Below are positions 50,727 to 64,000 of a stretch of DNA of 64,000 bases, one piece after another; positions within the stretch are counted from its first letter, which is position 1, and the number at the start of each line of letters is the position of its first letter. The position numbers and the translations under genes were made by a program. The notes under the pieces were generated by a model. It was not told the origin of the DNA. It did no database searches and saw only the letters and a program-made list of their open reading frames with translations. The stretch is taken from assembly GCF_026571515.1 (NCBI RefSeq), contig NW_026867195.1:1-64000 (forward strand). The letters run 5' to 3'. This stretch comes from Ruditapes philippinarum. Lineage: Eukaryota.

Positions 50727-52992
50727 TTTTTATGCCACAGCAGCATCTGCGATGCGGTGCCANNNNNNNNNNNNNNNNNNNNNNNNNNNNNNNNNNNNNN
50801 NNNNNNNNNNNNNNNNNNNNNNNNNNNNNNNNNNNNNNNNNNNNNNNNNNNNNNNNNNNNNNNNNNNNNNNNNNNNNNNNNNNNNNNNNNNNNNNACTTC
50901 AAAAATCTTCTTGTGAAAAACCACAAGTCCAATTTCAACCAAATTTGGCAGGATTGCTCCTTGGGTGAAGGGCTTCCAAAGTTGTTCAAAGTATTTTATT
51001 CCATGCAGAAATCTGGTTGCCATGGCAACCAAAAGGAAATATAAGAATAAATTAAAAAAATCTTCTTGTAAAGACCCAAAAGGCCCCACCCAGGGGGTCA
51101 TTGATTTCCACTATATGTACATATAGTAAAAACTTAAAATACCTTCTTGTAAAGACCCAAAAGGCCTAGAGCTTAGATATTTTGCATAAGGCATTGTCTG
51201 TTAGACCCTTACCAAGTTTATTCAAATTATAGCCCTTGGGTCAAAATCGGCCCCTCCCCGGGGGTCATTGATTTTCACTATATGTACATAAAGTAAAAAC
51301 TTAAAATACCTTCTTTTAAAGACCCAAAAGGCCTAGAGCTTAGATATTTTGCATAAGGCATTGTCTGGTAGACCTCTACCCAGATGGTTCAAATTATAAC
51401 CCTGGGGGTCAAAATCGGCGCCGCCCCGTCCCAACAGTTGGTCATAATAAAAGAGAAAAAAATATTTAAGAAAATGAAAATTTTCAACGCTTCTTGCTGA
51501 GGGTAATGTGCTTCTTCCAGTTGGCATGGACAGAGCCACCCTTGGAGTTGTTGAACTTGGGACCCTTTCCAAGATCATTGCTTTTCCTTATATGTATATA
51601 GTAAAAAATTATAGTAAAAACTTCAAAAAAAAATTCTTCTAGCAATTGACAAATGCTAGAGGTTAGATATTTTGGATGGAACATTGTGTAGTGAACCTCT
51701 AGCAAGATTGTTTTCTAGCAAGATTGCCCCAGGGGCCATAGGTTTTCCTTAAATGTATATAGTAAAACTTAAAAATCATCTTCTCTAAATTTACAAAGGC
51801 TAGAGTTAAGATATTTTGCATGAAACATTGTGTTGTGAACCTCTAGCAAGATTGTACAAATTATAGCCCAGGGGTCATTGATTTTCAATATGTACATATA
51901 TTAAAAATTAAAAAATCTTCTTGTTTGAAGGTACAAGGCTTAGAGCTTTGATATATGGTATATAATATCATCTATAGGTCCTCTACTAAAGTTGTTTTAA
52001 TTATGCCCCTAAAATTGCCCTGCCCCATAGGCGATAGTTTTCCTTATATGTATAAAGTAAAAACTTGAAAAATCTTCTTTTCTGAATTGACAAAGCCTAG
52101 AGGTTAAATATATGGCATGAGACTTTGCAAAGAGAGACTCTATCAAGAGTGTTCAAATTATAGTCCTGGGGTCAAAATTGGTTCTGCCCCGGGGGTCATT
52201 GATTTTCATTATGTACATATAGTAAAAAAATATTTTTGTCTGAAGGTACAAGGCATAGAGCTGTGATGTTTGCAATATAATATCCTCTATAGGTCCTCTA
52301 CCAAAGTTGTTCAAATTTTTCCCCTGGTGTCAAAATTATGTACACATAGTAAAAACAGAAAATAAAACAAATGCTTTCTGAATGGGAGAAAACTACAGCT
52401 TAGATATTTGACTTGAAATGTTGTTGGGTGGACCTGTATCAATATTGTTTTGAATTTAACCCTTGGGTTAAAATTTTGCCGTGCCCAAGGGGACAGTGAC
52501 CTACTTTCTTGTCCTTTGATGTACAGCAATGAAATTTTGACCATGTGCACAGTTTTAGTTTTAAAATTGAACTTTGATATCAGGTGACCAAGATTTTGAT
52601 TATGTGACCTACTTTCTTGTCCTTTGATGTACAGCTATGAAATTTGAACCATGTGCACAGATTAAGATGTAAAGTGAACTTTGATATCAACTGACCTAGA
52701 TTTTGAGTGTCTTACTGTGTTGTACTTTGATGTAGTCATGAAATTTAGGCTGTGTGAAATATGACCTTCACCACCAAATTCACTAGACTCAAGTGCATTG
52801 ATATATTCCTACTCTTTTATTGGATTAACAATAGATTTAACAACTAATCTGATAATAAGAATTAGATAGGTGAGGGATCTATGCATTTTGACAATATTCA
52901 ATTGTATAGAAACAAAAAAAACTGATCCTACACTACTATTTAGTGTTGTATTAATGCGGTTGCATAGCATTTTTCTAAATTGCAATCTTGTT
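50727..52992 (-). mobile_element. Full-length HINE (167-bp core family) spanning an N gap
   Basis: Reverse complement of the 24870-26040 family. Terminal hairpin at 50731-50760; AACAAG head at 52992 with subterminal TATGCAACCGCA. Inserted in a T-rich site that is empty in copy B (~58325-58350). Confidence 0.88.
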
Positions 52993-54059
52993 TTTTTTCG
53001 CGATTAAAATAGTTTTGAGTTTGCTTACATCTAAGTCACGGCGAAAATTAATTAATTTTATTTAGTGGTATAACGTCATTTGTAATGTCAAAATCACGCT
53101 TTGTGCGCGTAAGATAAACTTACAGGTTTCATGACCATGCCCCTAGTTCAAATACTGTTGATGCTACAGGCGACACAAGTTGACAATTTCCGATTTGACT
53201 AAGTCAATGGCAATTACTCTGACATGACTGCCCAAATTGACAAGCGAAATCCCAGATGCACAATATCATTTTGCTGACCAACGTTCATGCTAAATTTTAT
53301 GACCCTAAATTATTTATAGAGCAAAACTAAAGATTCAGGGACTCACAGACGCAAGTACTCAGGCACAGGCCCTCGGGCAACTATCAAGTTTACCCCTACT
53401 CCCCTCAGAGTTGGGGTTTCAAAAGACGATATTTTATCTTCAAGTCAATACATATTTATGTCCAAAATATTTAGCACATATTTTCGACAAAGCCAGTCAC
53501 TGTGTATTTACACATAAGTCATCTTACTTGTAAAATGATAAGCAAGGCGGCGTGGACTTAAACAAATATATTTCTGATTTATGCTGATAATGTTTCATTG
53601 ATGATAATGATGTTGTTGTTTTTGTTGTTGTTGATAATGATGATGATGATGATGATGATGATAATGATGTTTTATTAACGTTGATGAAGCCAGGTTAAAA
53701 CGGCGATGACAATGTTAGTATACTGTGTAAAATGTGTGACATAGGCATCTACTACCAAATTGCAGAAATAGCACATAAAGACAGTTCTGATTAATTCGAC
53801 AAAATGTGTCCCACACGTGTGACATATACGTTCTGTGACATATACGGTCCGACATCTGTCCAAACCTTTCATAATATTCCTGCAAAATTGCTTGAGGTTG
53901 TGACCTCAAATATTTCATAAATATTTTTGAGCATCAAACTTTTCTCTTGCTTTTTCTCAGCTTTGAATCTTTTTAAAAATGATATAACATGTACACATTT
54001 ATGAAAAACATTCCAATGTGTGTTTCTTCCCTTTCAGTATTACTTGAAGAAAAGCCATA

Positions 54060-54546
54060 CTTCCTGGAACAGAGCCACTTTTGACCCCAAATCAATGATT
54101 TGAATAATATTAATAGAGTTTCACTTTTATTGGAAAATGAATCATCCTTAATATCTAAACTCTAGTCCATGAACTTTTAAAAAAAGAATTTTCACAATAT
54201 ACATATAAGGAAAACATCCCCGGGGCTGGACCAATCTTGACCCAAGGGCTATAATATGGGAAATCTCGGTAGAGGTCAACAAGACAATGCTCTAGGAATT
54301 TTGGTGTTATTCCTTTCAGTTGCCATGGCAACCGGATTGCTGCATGAAAATAAAATTCTTTGAACATCTTTGGATGCCCTTTTATCCAAGGAAAATTCCT
54401 GGCATATTAAATTGATAACGGACATTATTTTTTTAAGAAGAAGAAATAGTACTTTTTCTATTTAATCTAATATATAATCAATATAACAAACGCACCCGCG
54501 CTGGCACGCACGCATACACACTTACACAAATGGATCGCTATATGCC
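54060..54546 (+). mobile_element. Older HINE 3' remnant related to the 167-bp family; paralog at ~59420-59903
   Basis: GTTGCCATGGCAACC, CCAAGGAAAATTCCTG and GATCGCTATATGCC match 25750-25995. Confidence 0.7.
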
Positions 54547-55243
54547 GGTGACGTTAAAATGTGAACATGCTGTCCGCGGACATGTTTTATTTCAGATTTA
54601 TACCAGATGAAGATTTTTTAATGAAATGTTATGTGTTTTAATAAACCATGATCAACCAAACAAATGACCCTTTGATAACTTAATCATATTTTCTGAATAT
54701 TAAAATATTTTGTTAAAAAACTGCGCAGACTCTTCAACATATTCGGTTATGCTATTTTTAGTGAGTCAGAATCCTTTTTCAATGTCGTAGAGGAAATATT
54801 ATTGCCAATGCGTAAAAGATGTCGACCAGAGCTTATTTTATGTAAGCTGAATACACTGAATATATTTAAGATAATCCGAAAAATGACATACAGTAAGTGT
54901 AACAATAATTTTTTGTATATAGATATTACCAAACTTAATTAATTAAATTTAAAGAATATTCATTGAATGGGGATAGTACAAATCTTACCTTAATCAATTT
55001 GTCCACATAAACTATCCTGTTGAGTTAAGGAATTTTATACTATTTCTCACAGTGTCGAAATGACTGTATCTAGAACACGTATGCCAGAGGTTTAAATTAT
55101 ATAAGAATTGCGTATTTATGAACCCGCGTGAAATGTAAAACTTCCTTTCTTTTCGAAAGGCCTTTTATAATACAATACAACAATACCTTGTACTTATAGT
55201 AAATAGTTTTTAAAACTAATTGTAAATCAAAACGGATTGACTT

Positions 55244-55340
55244 TGTATGTATGTATGTATGTATGTATGTATGTATGTACGTACGTACGTGTGTGCGTGT
55301 GAGTGCGCGTGTGCGTGCGCGCGCACGTGTGTGTGTATGT
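55244..55340 (+). repeat. Compound (TATG)n/(TACG)n/(GT,GC)n microsatellite
   Basis: Directly visible. Confidence 0.95.
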
Positions 55341-55999
55341 TGCTGTACTATTATAGGTATTTGAAAAATATTGATAGATACATATTACCATTATTAAAGA
55401 TTGATATCCGATCGTGTCGGGACTTTAAACACTGGTAATAAATATTTTCAATTAGATCTTAATCAGATATCTTACTTGTATAAATGTTTCCGTTTTGTTA
55501 TCTTTCTAAGGATTTGTGATGTCATGGTAAAACGTATTAAACAAAGTGTTTCTGACACAATTATACATGTAGAAGGTGTTAATTAAACCATATTTTTGTG
55601 TACATTCATTCAATAAGCCTGTTAATTTTGTGTGTGTAATACACTTGTTATCCCCTTCCTGTGGAAAGATGGCCATGGTTATGTATATATATAATTGTCT
55701 GTAACTATACAAAATGTTATTTTTGTAAGTCAAATGAAAGTGGAAATGTATTTCTTAACATTTTTCATCAATTTATTTTGGGAACACACGGAAACGACAT
55801 TGGTCTCAATGCAAACAATATATAAGAAATTAATTTGTGTTTCGGAATTTAATGGATAAAAAGGCTTATTGATGTTGTTAAATTAATTTTTTTAGTTGAA
55901 GTCCTTCCTGCTGTTTTGAAGGGTTAAAGTGTTATTTATAAAGGAGTTTCCTGTTATCATGCATTTCCTAAAGTACATGTTAATGTTCCTTTTTTTACA

Positions 56000-58900
56000 C
56001 TATGTTAAACGTAAATTGCACATATTTATTTTTCATTTCACAAAACGAATCTGCTTTAATATGAAAATTATTAATTCACCATGGCTCCTGTTGATTTTTA
56101 TAAAGGTGTTTTATTACAGTTAATGTTTATTGAATGAATTAAATGCTCATGATTATTTTTTCATGATTACCATATAATTATTGGCTTTGTTGCGGTTGTC
56201 ATCGTTGATGATGTTCAATTATCGTATGCACATGATGATGACATGTATATGAAACATAATTAAAACCTGTGAATATTGTAGACTTCTCTTTTTCCCTCGG
56301 TACGTAACGCACAGGGTACCGACATATGATGGAAAATCCACTGCAACGTGTAAAACGTGTACGTTTCCATTCTCTCCTCAGCTCGTGGTAACGTTTTTAG
56401 CGACACAACTTAGTTTAAATATATGAGGTAAGCTGCCAGTGTTCTGACTAAAGCCTCAAATGTGGTAGGGACGACGAGGAAAGTGTGCTTGGGTGTGTGA
56501 GCGAAAGATGCTTTTTGTTACATAACAGGCGAAAGAAATATCATTAAACATAGAACACATACAAACATACCCACGCACACACGCACGACCAACATACACA
56601 CGTTCAACGGACTATCAGGAGTTAACATTCTTCTATTTTCATTTTCTTATTTTATTTATTTTTTGTGCTTCATTATTATTTGTTTATATTTTTCAGATAT
56701 CGAATTTTTTTCACACAAGTTAATAAAAATATCTTGTTTATTTATAATATGCCGATGTTAACACATGTCAGATCGAGATATCACACCGTAAAATAAGCTT
56801 TTACACGAAATTAGTTGTCATAACAAAATGTGTATGTGTATGTATATGCGTATATTACGTAACCTACATAAGGCGGGTAGGAAAAACACAATTTTGGTCA
56901 TTATAGATATCCATATATTAAGTTCATTCCATGAAATCTATTTTCGGTACAACGACCTTAAGCTTAGGAATGTCATTGGAATGTTTTCATATATGGTAAT
57001 ATGTTGCAAAATAACTCAAAAGAGACGAATATCCATATATTAAGTTCTTTCCATGAAATCTATTTTCAGTAACACGACCTTAAGCTTAGGTATGTCATTG
57101 ATATGTTTTCATATATGGTAATTTGTTATAAAATAACTCAAAAAAGACGAATATCCAATGTAACCGAAGACATTATATACATACTGTACAGAGTTTTATT
57201 CGTCCTTTACAAATAAAGATTAAATTTTATAGACAATGTGTATTTCTTTTTTAATTCAAGATGTCGTTGATTTTGATTAAGTTTAAATACATATTACTTG
57301 TAAAACAAAACATCAAGTTATTCTATGTTTTTCTAAAATTATATGTAAATGTACTTAAAACTGATTAATACATGTATATACAACATTCGGTCAACACTAT
57401 GTAGTTTTGTATACAGTTTTTCTAAAATTAACACCCTTCGCATAATTTTACTTGTCTAAACATATGCCTTTTTTGATCTTCTAAAAAGATGAAGAAACCG
57501 TTCACACATCTTGGAATATAGTAATGCTATTTTCTATCATTCATATACAAAACAATGGTAATGCATGATGAATGCAACATGGATGTCAGTCATCATAGTC
57601 ACATGGCAAGTTATGGTACGGTAAGGTATTGGCAATACAACGTGAGGGTAATGCAACATGAATGTTAACCATCAAAGTTTTTTAAAGTAAAGTAATTAAA
57701 AAGTAAAGTAAAAGTTAAATAAAGTAAAGTAAATTCTTTATTTATAGAGGCTACACATTTGGTACCCAATCTTCCATGAGGGCCTCAATAAACAATTATT
57801 TCACCAAATAAGCGCAAATCATAGTTCGTGAGTATCGTACTGCAATATCCCTGTAAACAAGAATTTCAATATACTTTTGTCTGTACTACTATATGTTTGT
57901 ATTTTTATTGCTGTTTGAATAAAATGAAACCAGGGCCATTAATATATCTACAAGTTATTAGTTTAAACATATTTATTAATGAATGATTGCGAAACACGTT
58001 ATTTCAACTTATTTTAATATTTCTAGAGTCTGCTTCCTGGAACTAACCAGTACTGATGTCAATGGGGAAACATAGTCGCGAACCCACAATTCTTTGAGAG
58101 TTAAACATCATAGCAATTAGGCAAGCACTACCCCTTATCATTGTATCATCCACAATTTGTGATTCATCAGCAAAATATCACATGGCAACAATGCAAATAG
58201 GAAACGTAGAACGGTTGTTTAAGTATGCCAAACCAACGTTGACGCGTTCAATCGTCACTTCGAAAATGACAATGAAGGTTTTAGGTATAAAATAACGTTT
58301 GAGGAGAAAATGATGTTCAAAAATTGTTTGCTTTTGTTATGTTTTTTTTCGGATTAAAAAAGTTTTGATTTTTCTCATATCTAAGGCACGGCGAAAAATA
58401 ATTAATGTTATTAATTGGTACAACTTGATCTGTAATGTCAAAATCACGCTTTGTGCGCGTAAGATAAACTTACAGGTTTCATGACCATGCCCCTAGTTCA
58501 AATACTATTGATGCTACAGGCGACACATGTTGACAATTACCGATTTGACTAAGTCAATGGCAATTACTCTGACAGGACTGCCGAAATCGACAAGCGAAAT
58601 CCCAGGTGCACAATAACATTATGCAGACCAAGATTGGTGTCAAATTTTATGACCCTAAATTATTTATAGAGCTACACTAATTCAGGGACGCACAGACGCA
58701 AGTACTCAGACACAGGCACGCGGACAAGTATAAAGTTTACCCCAACTCCCCTCAGAGTTGGGGGATAAAAAGACGATATTTTATATTCAAGTCAATAAAT
58801 ATTTATGTCTAACATATTAAGCACATATTTTCGACAAAGCCAGTCACTGTGTATTTACACATAAGTCATCTTACTTGTAAAATGATAAGCAAGGCGGCGT

Positions 58901-60530
58901 GAACTTAAACAAATATATTGCTGATTTACGATGATGATGTATCATTGATGATAATGATGTTGTTGTTGTTGTTCATAATGATGATGATGATGATGATGAT
59001 GTTTTATTAACGTTGATGAAGCCAGGTTAAAACTTTGATGCTAATGTTAGTATACTGTGTAAAATGTGTGACATATACGGTTAGGCATTTACTACCAAAT
59101 TGCAGAAACGTATATAGCAAATAAAGACAGTTGTGATAAATTCGACCGAATATGTCCCAAACGTGTGACATATACGTTCTGTGACATATACGGTCCTACA
59201 TCTGTCAAAAACCTTTCATTTATATTCCTGCAAAGCTGCTAGAGGTTGTGACCTCAAATATTTTATAAATAGTTTTGAGCATCAAACATTTCTCTTGCTA
59301 GGGGTCAGGACTTTGTCCCAGCTTTGAATCTTTTTTAAAAATGATATAACACGTACACATTTATGAAAGACATTCCAATATGTGTTGTTTCCCTTTCAGT
59401 ATTATTTTAAGAAAAGCCATGCTTCCGGGAGCAGAGCCAATTTTGACCCCAAAGCTATGATTTGAATAATATTAATAGAGCTTCACTTCCCTGGAAAATG
59501 AATCATCCTTAATATCTAAACTCTAGTCAATGAAGTTAAAAAAAGAATTTTTACAATATACATATAAGGAAAACACCCCCGGGGCTGGACCAATTTTTAC
59601 CCAAGGGCTATAATATGAACAATCTTGGTAGAGATCAACAAGACAATGCTGTAGGAATGTTGGTATTATTCCTTTCAGTTGCCATGACAACCGGATTGCT
59701 GCATGAAAATAAGATTCTTTGAAAACTTTTGGAAGCCCTTCATCCAAGGAAAATCCTGGCAAGTTAAATTGATAACGGACATTAGTGTTTAAGAATAGGA
59801 AAATTGTACATTTTCTAGTTAATCTATTATATAATCTATATAACACGCGCGCCCGCGCTGGCACGCACGTATACACACTTACACAAATGGATCGCTATAT
59901 GCCGGTGACAGTAAAATGTTGAACATGCTGTCCGCGGACATGTTTAATTTAAGATGAAGATTTTTTTAATTAAATGTTATGTGTTTTAATAAATCATGAT
60001 CAACCAAACAAATGAACCTTTGATAGCTTAATCATAGTTTCTGAAAATTAAAATATTTTAAAAAGAACTGCGCAGACTCCTCATTATAATCGGTTATGCT
60101 ATTTTGAGTGAGTCAGAGTCCTGTTTCAATGTCGTAGAGGCAATAGTACTGCCTATGCGTAAAAGATTCGACCAGAGCTTATTTTATCATGTTTATGTAA
60201 GCTGGATATACTGAATATATTTAAGATAATCCGAAAAATGCCATGCAGTAAATAAAAAACTTATACAAATAAAACTTATTGTATATAGGTATCACCCAGT
60301 TAAAAGAATTTTCATTGAATGGCGATTGTAAAAATCTTACCTTAACCAATTTGTACACACAATCTATCCTTGGTTGAGTTAAGGAATTTTATATTATTTC
60401 TCACAGTGTCGAAATGACTGTATCTAGAACAAGTATGTCAAAGTTTTAAATTATATAAGAATTGCGTATTTATGAACCCGCGTGAAATGTAAAACTTCCT
60501 TTTTTTCATGTCCTTTAATAATACAATTCA
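56000..60530 (+). repeat. Local segmental duplication, copy B (~4.5 kb, lacks copy-A insertions)
   Basis: Colinear with copy A. Confidence 0.9.
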
Positions 60531-60687
60531 ACCGGATTGGTTAATTTCGCTCTGGTAGTATCTACATTGTTCTGTCATAAAATGGTCAATTTTACGCATA
60601 TAGTCCGAAATAAATTACAAAACATCTTAATGTAAGCAAAAGAATAGACAGGTGCTAAAAAAATATACTGTTTGCAGAGTCGATGTT

Positions 60688-60689
<2 letters not shown>

Positions 60690-60719
<30 letters not shown>

Positions 60720-60928
60720 CGTACGTACGTACGTACGTACGTACGTATGTATGTTGTATGTATGAACGTACGTGTGTGTGTATGTTTCTGTGCGTTTTGG
60801 TGTGTGTGTGTGTGTGTGAGCGTGCGCGCGTGCGTGTGCGTGTGTATGCGTGTGTGCGTGCGTGTGCACGTGTATGTGTGCGTGCGTATGTGTGTGCGTT
60901 GGTGCGTGTGTGCGTGTGTGTGTGTGTG
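60690..60928 (+). repeat. Compound (TATG)n/(TACG)n/(GT,GC)n microsatellite
   Basis: Directly visible. Confidence 0.95.
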
Positions 60929-61459
60929 AATATTCATTTCAATATGAGAACATTACGTTTTACACACACTCCCTTTAAAAAGGTTAAGTTGAAAACAATT
61001 TGTCTTAATTAGGGTGAAAAATGAGCAATGGAAGAAACTTTGATATATGTTTATACATATGAGCCAAAATTGTTAAAAATGTATCGAATGGAATTCAGAA
61101 TTTTAAATAGAATAAAATTGATAATACTACTCAATCTGTTCAATGACTGTTAAAATCAAGTACATTCAATTTTGGTTAACCGTTATAAGTTTAACTTTAA
61201 ATACATGTAGTGCAAAATATTAAATGATTTACAGGTTTATAGAAAGAGAAAATGAAAAGCTACTTGATTCACTTTAAATCAAAATATATTCTTAAAATAA
61301 AAGACATAAACAAAAAATAATAATAACAAAAATGCACAATTGCAGATGTGAACTCGGAAACAAACAATTTCATAACATTTGCTCTACATAATCTGAACTC
61401 TCTAACCACTACGCTACTCGGATGATCGTGTATACTTCTATATTGTAAGCACACGTTAA

Positions 61460-62330
61460 AGGGCCTCCATTAAAGGGATATTCAGGCAAAATAATGACAA
61501 AAATATTAAAATGATCTTTTGTACTCAACTCGCGCTAAAATGACATTTCTAAATGTTTCAGCATGAATTTCTCTTTAAATTCTATATAGTTTGGATTTGA
61601 AACATAAATATATCTATATATGTTGAACAAATTTGAGACTCCAAAAGAATCACCGAAAAGTTTTAAAACAAGTCAGGTGACTTGAACAAATCCTTGAAGT
61701 TACATCAAGAGATACTCTGGACATTGTATGACTGAAACAAGTCAAAATAATTCATTTGACATGTTCTTTAACGTTTCTAGAGTTCACTGTGACAACTATT
61801 GTGAAGTCCTAGCGCTCTAACCTGACCCACGCGGGTCAGGTTAGGAAACCACCATTTTATTCTTTATATGGAGGAAAGTTTTGTTCCTTTGACTGTCTAA
61901 TATATTCATTTTGAGGGCATTTACAAAATTATGAATGAGAAAATGCAAAACTAAGGAATGAAAATTTTGCCTGTGTCTCCCTTTAATTGTGATCATGAGG
62001 TTTAAGACGACTTTTTTTTCAATTCGATCAGATGTTTTAACACAACACAACTCAAATTTTTCATAAAGACTAGACGACTTTTTGTCATTCTGAGTCACCT
62101 CTCTCAAAATACTTGACTGTTTGTCCAAAAAAAAAATGTTTGGCGAAAAACGAAATGATACATTTTCGCCTTGACAAAAACTCCAGAGACGCCGATAAAA
62201 TGTTCGGTGCAATAAAATTAAAATAAGTTCTTTCTGGCTGAAATAATTGATCTGTGTTAAAACGTCTATTAATTAAACCGAATTCAAATCCGTCGGCTTA
62301 CACATTATGATCTAACTTATTGGAGGTCCT
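61460..62330. mobile_element. Kolobok-like MITE, 871 bp
   Basis: TTAA|AGGGCCTCCATTAA ... TTATTGGAGGTCCT|TTAA (14-bp TIR with 2 mismatches). Confidence 0.7.
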
Positions 62331-62742
62331 TTAAAGTTTCCGTAATATTGCAACGAAAATATCTGAATAACTTGCACAGCCCATTATATATCATAACGTA
62401 TAAGTTATCGTGTTCGACTTATATCCGTGAAACGGTATAAGTTAATATAGCATATACATCCATTTTCGGAAAATAGACATTGATACTAGAATGTTGCTTG
62501 CACAGTAATAGCCATATATGTTACCAAATAAATAGAAAAAGTCGACTAACGTATGTAACCGAATACATGTATATTATATCAATCCACTGTTGGAAAAGAA
62601 TGGTGATAACGAGCATTAAATAAATCTTTACAAAGCATTATTTTAGATTTAAGATGCCGTACATTTTGATTAATTTATTTATATGAAATTATTAAAACAA
62701 CAACAACAACAAGTTTTTCTTTTGTTTAAATTGAACTATTAT

Positions 62743-63870
62743 GTTCTTCTTAAATAGATGTGTACGTGTGTGTGTGTGTTTCTACCTTAAAATTTTATTG
62801 TTTGCATATTCATTTACGTTGCCTATGTCTGTTCTGATAATCTAAAAAAATGTAGAAACCGTGCACACATATCGGAATATACACCAGTGATGTAATTTCT
62901 ATCATACATATACAACATAAGGGTAATTCTTCTTAAATAGATGTGTACGTGTGTACGTGTGTATGCGTGCTTGCGTGTGTGTATGCGCGTTTGTGTATGT
63001 CTGTGGGCGCGCAAGTGCGCGTGTGTGTGTTTCTACCTTAAAATATTATTGTTTGCATATTCATTTACGTTGCCTCTGTCTGTTCTGATAATCTAAAAAA
63101 AGAAGAAACCGTGCACACATATCGTAATATACACCAGTGATGTAATTTTCTATCATACATATACAACATAAGGGTAATTCAACATGAATGTCAGTCATCA
63201 TAGTGGCAGGGCAAGTTTTGGTTGGATAAGATATTGGCAATACAACATGGGGGTATGCAAAATATATGTAAACAAACAAAGTGGTAGGGCAAGATAATAA
63301 TATGTTAACATATTTGTTAAGCACCATGAGGATATGAAACATGAATGTCGATTATGAAAGTAGTAAGGCAAGTTAATGGTAAGGTTACATGTTTGCAATA
63401 CTACATGGCAATAATGCAATATGTATGTAAATAATCTTAATGATATTAAGGCGCGATAATTGTTAGGCAAAGTGTTGGTAATGCACCGTGAATGTCAATC
63501 ATCATAGTGAAAGGGCAAGATAATGGTAAGGTAAAACATTAATTATGTAACACGAAGGTAATGAAACATGAATGTCGGCTGCCATAGTGATAAGGCAATT
63601 AAATGACAATTCAAGGGGTTGTTAATGCAACATGCATTTAATGCACCGTTACTATCAATCATAATAATAATAAGGCAAAATGATAGTTTTCGCAAGATGC
63701 TATCCAATATGGTGGACATGCAACATAAAATAATGCAACAAAATGTCTATAACGTAACATGATTGTAATGCAACATTTCGGTAAGGGAATGCGACAAAGA
63801 ATAAACTTGCTACATAGTGACAATGTTATATGATGACAATACAAAATAATGGCAATGGCTTACTTTTGAA
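62743..63870 (+). repeat. Local duplication (62743 / 62927) followed by a degenerate tandem array related to 57490-57670
   Basis: TTCTTCTTAAATAGATGTGTACGTGTG occurs twice. GTAATGCAACATGAATGTCARTCATCATAGT-like motifs recur. Confidence 0.7.
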
Positions 63871-64000
63871 GAGTAACAGAACATTTTTATATTTATTTCC
63901 TAAAATTTCTTACAGGAGGAACCAAAAATCTATTTATCATGTAAGAAAATTGACAAATCAAGGCGCTGTCTTTAACAATCATTCCATGCAAAAATTGAAA

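Larger units (their letters stand above)
46510..55180 (+). repeat. Local segmental duplication, copy A (expanded by insertions)
   Basis: Colinear with 56000-60530 from CATGGCTCCTGTTGATTTTT through GAACCCGCGTGAAATGTAAAACTTCC. Contains an extra internal duplication (47029-48695 vs 48696-~49720). Confidence 0.9.

Noticed and set aside
60575-61012. His/Thr- and Cys/Val-rich ORFs (also 25853, 35451, 55247, 62823)
   Set aside because: Microsatellite translations.

Overview
AT-rich, repeat-dense animal DNA; the SINE and Helentron-associated families suggest a bivalve mollusc (inference). Almost all ORFs in the supplied track are spurious. One spliced gene can be assembled on the minus strand (~37910 to 23966). 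It has a CCAAT/E-box/TATA promoter, a non-coding first exon, and five phase-compatible coding exons (46, 30, 168, 19, 235 nt). These encode a 165-aa type I membrane protein with a signal peptide, one Sushi/CCP domain, a GxxxG-rich TM helix and a short tail. A probable multi-exon pseudogene lies at ~4200-5970 (-). The rest is mobile or repeated DNA: two decayed pogo-like and two decayed mariner transposons; TTAA, TAA and TA MITEs; Helentron-associated (HINE) elements with internal tandem arrays; tRNA-SINEs; LINE 3' ends; an ~84-bp satellite; and a 3-kb foldback built from 21/105-bp repeats. Two structures stand out. One is a 2953-bp element with ~530-bp TIRs, CAC...GTG ends and a 5-bp TSD (Transib/RAG-like signature). 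The other is a local segmental duplication in which three insertions in one copy have empty sites in the other. 2600-4080 looks like unpolished sequence, and there are two N gaps. I see no convincing wholly new biological system; the best leads are the gene, the Transib-like element and the foldback.
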